A DNA stretch of 32,000 nt. It comes from Candidatus Saccharimonadota bacterium. Its GTDB lineage: Bacteria > Patescibacteriota > Saccharimonadia > Saccharimonadales > Saccharimonadaceae. The DNA is taken from the NCBI GenBank assembly GCA_016700015.1, contig CP064995.1:360001-392000 (forward strand), in the 5' to 3' direction. Both the position numbers and the translations under genes were made by a program. Under the pieces are notes generated by a model. That model saw nothing but the letters and a program-made list of their open reading frames with translations. It was not told where the DNA came from and searched no databases. Shown one piece after another: positions 7,564 through 15,023 of the stretch; positions within the stretch are counted from its first letter, which is position 1, and every line of letters starts with the position of its first letter.

Positions 7564-7734
7564 AATATACCCCCCATGTTTGAAAATTTCTAATAAAAAA
7601 GGACAACCGTTGCAGGTTGTCTAGACTTTTCAAAGCAGGGTATACCCAACTTCTATCAACGGTTGCCCATTTCCGAAGTCGGGGTAATAAATAACCCTGC
7701 TGCATTGAAAAATCTAGACAGGGTTATTATAACA
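7564..7734 (-). promoter_or_regulatory. Candidate structured leader: extended -10 promoter, about 100-nt rod-like hairpin, then an intrinsic terminator upstream of the 7563 start
   Basis: All of these are read on the minus strand. tgttataat lies at 7734-7726. Three 7-bp helices pair 7713-7719/7619-7625, 7705-7711/7627-7633 and 7694-7700/7635-7641, with inner helices beyond them. The terminator hairpin gacaacc/ggttgtc (7600-7619) is followed by a T-run. Confidence 0.4.
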
Positions 7735-7851
7735 TACCCCTAGATATGATAGAATTGATTGAAGTTAGTATAGGCTCACGGTAAAGGTCTACCGACCTTG
7801 TTATTAAGTAATCGCTATAGTGCTTATGCTATAGTATTGATAGGTATACAT

Positions 7852-8298
7852 ATGAGTAAACATTCTATATATAATGTAGCCAGGTATATAGTAAGTAGCT
7901 ATATGGGTGATGATTTGACCTCCCTAAAGCTTCAAAAGCTTACTTATTATTGTCAGGCATGGTCATTGGCATGGGACGGGTCTCCTCTTTTTGATGAAGA
8001 TTTTCAAGCATGGTCAAATGGCCCTGTTTGTGTAGATCTGTATAAAAAACATGCGAAAACATTCGAAATAGCAAAAGACTTTCTTTCTGAAAGCGAGGTT
8101 GATAACTTTACTGATTCCCAGAAAGAGACAATGAACTCAGTCATCAACTACTACGGCCAGAAGAAGGCCTATGAGCTGAGTTCACTTACGCATAATGAGC
8201 TACCTTGGATAAAAGCTCGCGGAGACACACCCCAGGGCTACCCATCAAATACTATTATCGAAAAAGAGATTATGCAGGAATACTACGGTGGGCTATAG
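7852..8298 (+). CDS. Panacea / DUF4065 (SocA-like) domain protein, putative antitoxin
   Basis: LTSLKLQKLTYYCQAWSLAWDGSPLFDEDFQAWSNGPVCVDLY and ...LSSLTHNELPWIKAR match the DUF4065 signature. ATG 7852 is preferred over the upstream TTG at 7798. Confidence 0.75.
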   Translation: MSKHSIYNVARYIVSSYMGDDLTSLKLQKLTYYCQAWSLAWDGSPLFDEDFQAWSNGPVCVDLYKKHAKTFEIAKDFLSESEVDNFTDSQKETMNSVINYYGQKKAYELSSLTHNELPWIKARGDTPQGYPSNTIIEKEIMQEYYGGL

Positions 8299-8761
8299 GG
8301 GTAATGATAGATCACGTAAAACACCGAAATCACAAAACAACATAGCCTCAAAAATACCAAAGATAGCAAGCTTAAGCTATCTCGACAATACTGGATATGA
8401 TAAGAAAAACCCTTCGTGGAGATTCAGCATTTGTAACAATGATAATCACGAGTGGTCTCCTCATGGCACTAGCATAAAGGGTATGATATATACATATCTT
8501 ATCGCCAAGGAGAACCAGACTTGGGGAGAGATTAAAAAAGAAACGCACGATGACGGTAAAACGAAGAACCATTTCATAGATATTCAACGGATTGACCCAA
8601 ATGCACAAAAAATTCTTCAGGATAGGAATTTGATTGAAGATAGAATCTTCTCGCTGAGAATTGACAACAAAAAAAGATTGTTTGGTTACCTTAGAGATGA
8701 TGGAGTTTTCGACATCATTTGGTTTGATCCAAATCATTCGATTTGTAAAATGAAGAAATAA
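8288..8761 (+). CDS. Unrecognised 157-aa protein, candidate toxin partner of the Panacea antitoxin
   Basis: The GTG start overlaps the upstream gene by 11 nt. The N-terminus is basic and the C-terminal block is conserved-looking (RLFGYLRDDGVFDIIWFDPNHSIC). I can name no family. The stop lies 5 nt from the transposon right end. Confidence 0.5.
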   Translation: MGYRGNDRSRKTPKSQNNIASKIPKIASLSYLDNTGYDKKNPSWRFSICNNDNHEWSPHGTSIKGMIYTYLIAKENQTWGEIKKETHDDGKTKNHFIDIQRIDPNAQKILQDRNLIEDRIFSLRIDNKKRLFGYLRDDGVFDIIWFDPNHSICKMKK

Positions 8762-9028
8762 AAAATCTACTTGCTCAGAGGGTATATCCACCTAGCGAAA
8801 TGATTGACTAATTCAGAGTAGTATTATATAACAGAATAATAATCTGGGAGTACATATGCGAATTGCAGTGTTTAGTGACAGTATCAATATCCCCCCAAAG
8901 GAAAGTATCAATGTGCACACATATGATCTACTTTTGGCATTGTCACAGCACACAGACTGCACTCCAACTCTTGTTGTCTGCGATCGGGGTTGGCTAGATC
9001 GCAGCTTGCTTGCTCATTGTACTGACTG

Positions 9029-9577
9029 CTAAGACGATAGCCAGGTACCGAATTCATCCCACAGCACGGCCTCTTCCTCGCTGAAACCAACTGTTGAGTC
9101 CTCTGAGATACTTTTGCCGTCCTTGCGAAGAGAAAATATCTGAGTAATGAATGGGCCGCGCGGTTCACCAGCGGGCTCTGCTAAAATTGATCCGACCGTA
9201 TCATGAGTAAATACATGCTCGCCTTGATCATCGATATAGACGATTGTGTCACGGAGAATAACGGTCCGATCAGTTTTATGAGCCATCAAAGTCAAGATGT
9301 CATCCATTGTGAACCACTCGACCATATTTCGCATGTATGGTCCGGGAAACCCATTGAGGCTTGGGATAATCCATGATGCGTCATTGACAAATAGTGGCCT
9401 GCCGAGTTGCGCGTATGCGTCTCTTGCTTTTCGCACAGTGATAGCGACAGCGTCGTCTCCCTGTATTTCATCAAGCGACAGTTTTTGTTGCCGAACCTCA
9501 ATATCATACTTACCTAGAAATACTTTCGCATTCTCATATTTACCCATATTACCGGTGATGTACGTGATAGATTTCAT
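9029..9577 (-). CDS. Ham1/RdgB family non-canonical purine NTP pyrophosphatase
   Basis: ITGNMGKYENAKVFL...SLDEIQG...ARDAYAQLGRPLFVNDASWIIPSLNGFPGPYMR matches the ITPase family pattern. An SD (gaggag) lies upstream. Confidence 0.75.
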   Translation of the reverse strand: MKSITYITGNMGKYENAKVFLGKYDIEVRQQKLSLDEIQGDDAVAITVRKARDAYAQLGRPLFVNDASWIIPSLNGFPGPYMRNMVEWFTMDDILTLMAHKTDRTVILRDTIVYIDDQGEHVFTHDTVGSILAEPAGEPRGPFITQIFSLRKDGKSISEDSTVGFSEEEAVLWDEFGTWLSS

Positions 9578-9601
9578 TGTGCTCCTCAGATTATGCTCTC
9601 A

Positions 9602-10231
9602 TTATACATGACGGAATCGCTCATCCTCGTGTGGTTCGCGTGGAGTGTAGCGAGCATCGCGTGCAAACGTATAGATACTATCTCGCAGTGCTCTCGTACC
9701 ACCAGAATTATTGATGCGATGGGTCGCATGCTCAATAATAGCCTCGATCCCGCGGTCACGTTCAGCGTCCATGACAGTGATGAACTCCTCGAACGACATG
9801 GACTTGTCGCCCTCTTCTCGATCCCGCTGACGAAATCGATCATAGAGCGCCTCGATAGGTGTTTCAATGAGAAGAATCGATTGCTCGTGACGAATCGGTG
9901 CCCCATACTCCCGTAGACGCTCGGTGATATAACTAATGCCATCATAACTGCGGTTTCCTGATATGACGATGTCGTCATAATACCACCCTCGATCAGCATC
10001 TATCGTCAGCTGCGTCATGGTCGTATCAGCGATAAGGTCGTCAAACACAGTGCTGCCGTAGTCATGCTCCATCCGCTTCGCCCATGCGCCAAGTGGCATG
10101 TGCGGCGCGTCTAGATGGTGCGCTTGTCTCACGAGGGCGCTCGTCTCGATATGTAGTAGATTGAAATCATTTACTAATATCTTCGATATTTCGGACTTGC
10201 CAGATGCATGATAACCGGTAACAAACAGCAT
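9602..10231 (-). CDS. P-loop kinase-like protein (dephospho-CoA/nucleoside kinase-like)
   Basis: The Walker A variant is FVTGYHASGKSE, right after the ATG at 10231, which follows aaggagag. The longer 241-aa ORF start lacks an SD. The subfamily is uncertain. Confidence 0.5.
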   Translation of the reverse strand: MLFVTGYHASGKSEISKILVNDFNLLHIETSALVRQAHHLDAPHMPLGAWAKRMEHDYGSTVFDDLIADTTMTQLTIDADRGWYYDDIVISGNRSYDGISYITERLREYGAPIRHEQSILLIETPIEALYDRFRQRDREEGDKSMSFEEFITVMDAERDRGIEAIIEHATHRINNSGGTRALRDSIYTFARDARYTPREPHEDERFRHV

Positions 10232-10279
10232 AATCTCTCCTTGATGTTGTTTGGTGTAGAGTACCACAAAAAAATATAT

Positions 10280-10308
10280 TTGACAATAATCATACTTCAA
10301 GTTATAAT
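10280..10308 (+). promoter_or_regulatory. Consensus sigma70-type promoter for the 10344-13081 operon
   Basis: TTGACA (10280-10285), a 17-nt spacer, then TATAAT (10303-10308). It lies 35 nt upstream of the ATG. Confidence 0.65.
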
Positions 10309-10343
10309 GCACCACAATACCAATCAATGGAGTCCTATATAAG

Positions 10344-11339
10344 ATGACTTTTCAGAGAGTACGTGAGCTTGATCCGCTCGGAATTGACCGGGAGCTTCGA
10401 GACCTTCCGGCTCTTAATGGATCAGCTGACATTGGCGCCATCGGCACAATTGTCGACGGTGTTGTCGCCCGTCTCGATACGACAACTTACGACAAGGATT
10501 CAGCGACGGCAGCAATGCGGGACCTCGACTTTCTTCTCAGTTCCAGTCTCCGGCACGGAGCTGATTTAGTAGTTGAAGGCGGCAGGATCGAGTCAGTCCT
10601 GCTCGGTTTAGGGAAAATTGCTTGCATGATCCCCCGAGGTACCGTATCGACATACGCGCTTGCCAATCCTCGAGGCGAGCGAGAACGGTCATTTACAGGT
10701 TCACCCGAAGAGCGCTTGTTTATCGAGTCTGTACGAAGCGGAGCAGAAAGTGTCGAGTCTAGCCTCGAGACATACGTCAACGAAGGAAAAATTGCTGGTC
10801 TTGCCGCGATGGAGAGTAGTATCGCTGACATGATTACCTCTATCATCGACGTGAAGCGCGGCGTGTCACCTGCGTACTTCAGTGGTCAGCTCAGGCCGTA
10901 TTTCGAGCCACTGACGATAGGTGGTAAGTTGTATGCAGGTTCGGGTGGTGCGCAACTTCAATTTATCGCAGTCGACTACCTGCTATGGGGCGTGGATTGT
11001 GACAATCCATTCTATCAGAATTACTTCGCCGACAATGTCCGCTATCTCAGTCCCGAACAACGTGCGTATCTCAAACTAGGTATCCACAAAAACGACGGCA
11101 AAAGCATTTTACGGTCAGCTATCGAAGATAACGACGGTCAGCTGTCTAAGCAGGCGATACGTGTTCTGCAATGTCTCAAAAAGTTTCGCTACCCGCATCG
11201 CAAGCTTGCACGTGATAACTTCAAGATCCGCCCTGACGGTAGCGTGGGTAGTGGCGTCTATACGACTGACATCCTTGATGTATTGCTCAATGAGACAATT
11301 GGAGCGATAGAGAAACTCGAAGGAATCGCGCATGAGTAA
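10344..11339 (+). CDS. PrnB-like (DUF1864; TDO/IDO-related heme enzyme superfamily) protein
   Basis: The blocks AAMRDLDFLLSSSLRHG, SFTGSPEERLFIESVR, QLRPYFEPLTIGGKLYAGSGGAQLQ...LLWG and KFRYPHRKLARDNF...GSGVY resemble the monodechloroaminopyrrolnitrin synthase family as I recall it. Confidence 0.5.
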   Translation: MTFQRVRELDPLGIDRELRDLPALNGSADIGAIGTIVDGVVARLDTTTYDKDSATAAMRDLDFLLSSSLRHGADLVVEGGRIESVLLGLGKIACMIPRGTVSTYALANPRGERERSFTGSPEERLFIESVRSGAESVESSLETYVNEGKIAGLAAMESSIADMITSIIDVKRGVSPAYFSGQLRPYFEPLTIGGKLYAGSGGAQLQFIAVDYLLWGVDCDNPFYQNYFADNVRYLSPEQRAYLKLGIHKNDGKSILRSAIEDNDGQLSKQAIRVLQCLKKFRYPHRKLARDNFKIRPDGSVGSGVYTTDILDVLLNETIGAIEKLEGIAHE

Positions 11340-12420
11340 GGACGTTGCAACATTTGCAGCAGGCACGATCCATAATCCATGTACTGTTTCGAAAACACCT
11401 CAAATGGTGCCGTCACGTCGGATGATGATCAAGTATCCGGCTCGACTAGAAGCGATGGCGCTGGATCCAGCAAAAATCGCAACCAATGATTCGCTTGTCT
11501 ACACTGCGGGACAAATCGACGTTTGCGTCGGCCTCTACAAAACTGTCACAGTTACGATAGACGAGACGAAACCGTCAGAGCTCATCATAACACCTACGAC
11601 AGGCCGCCGGACACTTGTCCTTCACGCTGCTCGCATGATGCAAAAGGCACTCGATATCCGCGGTCAGCTCACTGTTGACGTCAAAGACGAGGCAGGGCTG
11701 AGGCACTGTGGGCTTGGCTCGAGTAGTGGTACGATTGCTAGTGTGGCAAGCGCGATCAATGAACTGTACGGTCATCCAATCGCCGCACACGATTTGAGTC
11801 TCTATTGCGCGCAAAATCATGGTGAAGAGATCGATGGAAGTGATGATACGCTCACGGCTGTCCAATGTATCGGTGGATCGGTCGTATGTGGCAATTATGA
11901 GGGCGGTATTATCGTCCTTGCGGGCGAAGCAACACCGATAGCGCAGGTAAAAATTCCGACTGACTATAGTATCGTCATTGGTGTGCCAAATGATTTTGAT
12001 CATCCTGACTCGCTCGACTTGATGCAGCGTGAGGAGGACAACATGAAGGCGTTTATCACCACTGGCGAAGCGTACGGTCCACAAATTGCGTACCGCCTGG
12101 TTCATGATGTGCTTCCCGCGCTTGCGCTTGGAAATTTTGCTCCGTGCAAGTCGCTCGTATTCGACTATCGTTGGGATATGGGAAGCATACGAAATTGCTC
12201 ATTTGTCCTACCGCGCATCAATGATATTGCCGAAGCCCTGAGGCCTTTGCAGGAAGACTCAGCGGTCATAATGCTGTCACTTTCATCCGTCGGACCTGGA
12301 TTCTTTGCGATCACAACCGATCCAGTGCGAATCCGGACTCTATTTGAAGCGCAACATATGACAACAATTGAAACGGTCGTTCACAACGGCACCTATAAGA
12401 TAGGAGATATCGATGGTTAA
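11332..12420 (+). CDS. GHMP kinase superfamily protein, beta-ribofuranosylaminobenzene-5'-phosphate (beta-RFAP) synthase-like
   Basis: The GHMP motif is LRHCGLGSSSGTIASVASAINELYG. The N-terminal IKYPARLEAMALD and the later IGGSV...GGIIVLAG and SIVIGVPND blocks resemble the beta-RFAP synthase subfamily. The gene overlaps its upstream neighbour by 8 nt. The start is uncertain (in-frame Met codons at 11404, 11422 and 11425). Confidence 0.55.
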   Translation: MSKDVATFAAGTIHNPCTVSKTPQMVPSRRMMIKYPARLEAMALDPAKIATNDSLVYTAGQIDVCVGLYKTVTVTIDETKPSELIITPTTGRRTLVLHAARMMQKALDIRGQLTVDVKDEAGLRHCGLGSSSGTIASVASAINELYGHPIAAHDLSLYCAQNHGEEIDGSDDTLTAVQCIGGSVVCGNYEGGIIVLAGEATPIAQVKIPTDYSIVIGVPNDFDHPDSLDLMQREEDNMKAFITTGEAYGPQIAYRLVHDVLPALALGNFAPCKSLVFDYRWDMGSIRNCSFVLPRINDIAEALRPLQEDSAVIMLSLSSVGPGFFAITTDPVRIRTLFEAQHMTTIETVVHNGTYKIGDIDG

Positions 12421-13081
12421 GCAGACACAGGGTGAGAAGAGTTTTTGGAATGATGCGGACATGGCGGCGTATTTCGCCGCAAAACCTGCGGATCCACGAA
12501 TCCGGGATTTCGTCGCGACGCATTATGCGCATCCAAGCGGCCAATCCGCACTCGACTTGGGATGTGGCGGCGGTCGTCATAGTGAATTTCTTGCTGAGGC
12601 GGGGTTCGACGTCGTCAGCGTCGATCCAAACGAAGGGATGCGTCGTGCCACACGGATACGCCTCGCTTCAAAGGGACTTACTGCGACGATACGCGAAGGC
12701 GAGATTCTCGCTATTCCTTCGCCTGATGAACAGTTCGATCTCGTCGTGACAACAGGTGTACTCCATCAGGCAAATACGTCAGCCGAGTATGAGCACGCGC
12801 TCAGTGAACTGCACCGAGTGATGAAACGAGGAGCGTTTGTGTGCCTAAATATCTTTACGAATGCCGCTTGGGATCCGACGTACCAAACAGTAAGCAGGGA
12901 CGGGTATTCGGTGATGACTGCAGAGGATTTACCCATGACGCTATGGCCGCGTAATCATTTTCTTGAGCGTATGGAATGGCGTGGTTTTGCACTAGTTTCG
13001 GATTATCCCGAAGAAGTGCGCGAAGAAAACACCGGGAATAGGGCTGTTTACCGTGCAAACTTTCAGAAACGACAAATATAA
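12413..13081 (+). CDS. Class I SAM-dependent methyltransferase
   Basis: Motif I is ALDLGCGGGRHSEFLAEAGFDVVSVDPNEGM, with a post-I acidic residue and DLVVTTGVLHQ. The gene overlaps its upstream neighbour by 8 nt. Confidence 0.85.
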   Translation: MVKQTQGEKSFWNDADMAAYFAAKPADPRIRDFVATHYAHPSGQSALDLGCGGGRHSEFLAEAGFDVVSVDPNEGMRRATRIRLASKGLTATIREGEILAIPSPDEQFDLVVTTGVLHQANTSAEYEHALSELHRVMKRGAFVCLNIFTNAAWDPTYQTVSRDGYSVMTAEDLPMTLWPRNHFLERMEWRGFALVSDYPEEVREENTGNRAVYRANFQKRQI

Positions 13082-13132
13082 AGTATTTGTGCGCGAGCAC
13101 GGTGTTATACTAAGGAAAAAGGGGAGTAAGCT

Positions 13133-13648
13133 ATGGCACTAGCACGCGGAACCATGCGCTTAGAAAGTTATAAAGAGGCCTGGGTGGAACGGTTTGAAGA
13201 TGAAGCCGATCGGCTGCGAGCAATATTCGGCGACAGGGCGCCAATTGAACATATCGGCAGCACAGCAATCCCGGGTATGATGGCTAAGCCGATCATTGAC
13301 ATGATGGTGGGAGTTGAAAGCCTCGACGTTGTGAGCCAAGCTATGGTAGCAAAGCTCGAGAATATGGGCTACCGCTCCATGCCCGATCGGGTTACTCAGG
13401 ACGAAATATTCATGCCGAAAGGTCCTGATAGTCGCAGGACGCACTATTTGCACATTGTACCGCGGAGTAATAGACGCTGGCACAATACCGTACTGTTTCG
13501 AAATTATCTACGCGCGCATCCGGCGGCTAGGGAAGAATATGCTGACCTGAAGCGAAAGCTTGCAATCCAGTATCCTGATGATCGCGCTAGCTATACCGAC
13601 GCAAAGACCGGTTTTGTTGCCGATATCTTGCGCCGAGCTACACAGTAG
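13133..13648 (+). CDS. GrpB family (UPF0157, nucleotidyltransferase-fold) protein
   Basis: IEHIGSTAIPGMMAKPIIDMMVGV, HYLHIV, WHNTVLFRNYLRAHP and EYADLKRKLA are the characteristic GrpB blocks. Confidence 0.85.
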   Translation: MALARGTMRLESYKEAWVERFEDEADRLRAIFGDRAPIEHIGSTAIPGMMAKPIIDMMVGVESLDVVSQAMVAKLENMGYRSMPDRVTQDEIFMPKGPDSRRTHYLHIVPRSNRRWHNTVLFRNYLRAHPAAREEYADLKRKLAIQYPDDRASYTDAKTGFVADILRRATQ

Positions 13649-13688
13649 TTGTTTAGGATAGGTGAGATGCAGTATAGTAGTATTCCTT

Positions 13689-14225
13689 ATGTCAACTAAT
13701 AAAGAACCGGCTTTGCCTCCCGATATATGCGGTTTTATTGACACTTTTGCGCGGTATGAGCCCGACGATAAAAATGAATTATCGCCTGTAATAGCAGTGG
13801 AGATTGATTTTATCACCCAGTTCGCAGCCGTATTTAATCACTACGCGCGCCCACAAAGATCAGATGGTACCAATGATGGTTTTCGTGAGCTGTTTTCAAC
13901 CGACGAAGTTCGTAACTTACTCGATAATCGGCCAGTCGAGCTGGCGCGCCAGTTAGCGCGGCTATCGTTTGAAATGATAGCGCAGTACGAGCAATCAAGG
14001 GGTGAAAGTATCTCGCGAGACGAATTACACCTCTACCTTGAGGTGGCGGAGCGTTGGAATGTGCGCATAGCCGATATGTGCGACGATGAAGACATATATT
14101 TTCGCGAACTAAACCAAAGGCTGGCAGTGCTCAGAGCGCATTACGGAGAAATAGGCAATAAAAAGGCAGTGAATGCAATAGGCCGCTATATCTGGCCATA
14201 CGTATTCTCTCGTTTTTCTGAATAG
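13689..14225 (+). CDS. Hypothetical protein
   Basis: 178-aa ORF from ATG 13689 (alternative GTG at 13662). No recognisable motif. Confidence 0.5.
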   Translation: MSTNKEPALPPDICGFIDTFARYEPDDKNELSPVIAVEIDFITQFAAVFNHYARPQRSDGTNDGFRELFSTDEVRNLLDNRPVELARQLARLSFEMIAQYEQSRGESISRDELHLYLEVAERWNVRIADMCDDEDIYFRELNQRLAVLRAHYGEIGNKKAVNAIGRYIWPYVFSRFSE

Positions 14226-14252
14226 TAGTAGCATAGTGCTATACTTTTCAGT

Positions 14253-14867
14253 ATGAAGTGGTCTGCAGTATTGTCGGTGTTTGAGAAAATGCCAAGCTAT
14301 ATGGCAACATGGCTCCTCATTGTCATGTCACAGGCCGGTCTTGTGCTCAGTATAGTGCTCACCAAAGATACCCGCTGGTTTACCTGGCACTTGAGCCGAC
14401 TGGGTGAGGGCGGTCAGGTGGCATCGGCTATTTTTAACTTCACCATGGGTATGTCGGCAGTCATTCTAGTAATTATTGCCACTCGTCTTGTGAGCGATAT
14501 GCGGCAGACACGATGGCATCATGGTGGTATTACGCTGCGAAACGTATTGATTGGGATCGCGTTTTGCTGGATAGGTGTCGCGTGCTTCCCATTTGACAGA
14601 TACGCGGTAATCCATAACGTGTTTGGTTACGGACAATTCCTTCTCGTTAGTGTGGTAATGCTGAGATTGCGGCATATCTGCCCGCGATTTTCCAGCCGTA
14701 CTTACATAATAGGCGTGGCAAGTGTTGTAGGGGTATCGCTATTGCTTGCCAGTTTTCACTTACTACATATTGGTTCAGTGCTGATGGCTGAACTGCTAGG
14801 ACAATTCACACTGTTTTCGTGGTTGCTTTCTCTGACGCACGATGTCAATCCAAGAAAACATGCGTAA
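14253..14867 (+). CDS. Polytopic membrane protein (unknown family)
   Basis: 204 aa with about 5-6 hydrophobic segments. An extended -10 (tgctatact, 14237-14245) lies 7 nt before the ATG. Confidence 0.6.
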   Translation: MKWSAVLSVFEKMPSYMATWLLIVMSQAGLVLSIVLTKDTRWFTWHLSRLGEGGQVASAIFNFTMGMSAVILVIIATRLVSDMRQTRWHHGGITLRNVLIGIAFCWIGVACFPFDRYAVIHNVFGYGQFLLVSVVMLRLRHICPRFSSRTYIIGVASVVGVSLLLASFHLLHIGSVLMAELLGQFTLFSWLLSLTHDVNPRKHA

Positions 14868-14872
14868 GGCTA

Positions 14873-14901
14873 TTGCATTTCTATTTTGGTTGTGCTATAA
14901 T
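14873..14901 (+). promoter_or_regulatory. Promoter for the DEAD-box helicase gene
   Basis: TTGCAT (14873-14878), a 17-nt spacer, then TATAAT (14896-14901) preceded by TGc. It leaves a leader of about 115 nt. Confidence 0.55.
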
Positions 14902-15023
14902 ATAAACGTTACATTCGATAGAATGCCGAGCCGGCTCTACCGCTACACTCCAAAGTGGGCACCAGAATCAATCTCGTTATTCGCCTGACTGTAGATTGAT
15001 ACTATCTCACTAAAGGAGGCTCT

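Larger units (their letters stand above)
5918..8793. mobile_element. IS1595-family transposon with passenger genes, bounded by 28-bp perfect terminal inverted repeats and a 6-bp target-site duplication
   Basis: aggtggatataccctctgagcaagtaga (5918-5945) is the exact reverse complement of 8766-8793. AGCGAA directly abuts both outer ends (5912-5917 and 8794-8799). The transposase ORF lies just inside the left end. Confidence 0.8.

Noticed and set aside
8372-8791. 139-aa minus-strand ORF antisense to the Panacea partner gene
   Set aside because: It lies entirely within the better-supported plus-strand gene, crosses the transposon right inverted repeat, and has no SD.
10363-12749. Alternate-frame and antisense ORFs within the PrnB-like/GHMP/methyltransferase operon (10363-10569 +, 10487-10846 -, 11575-12105 -, 12432-12749 +, 12311-12580 -)
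   Set aside because: They are shadows of the motif-bearing frames, with no independent signals.
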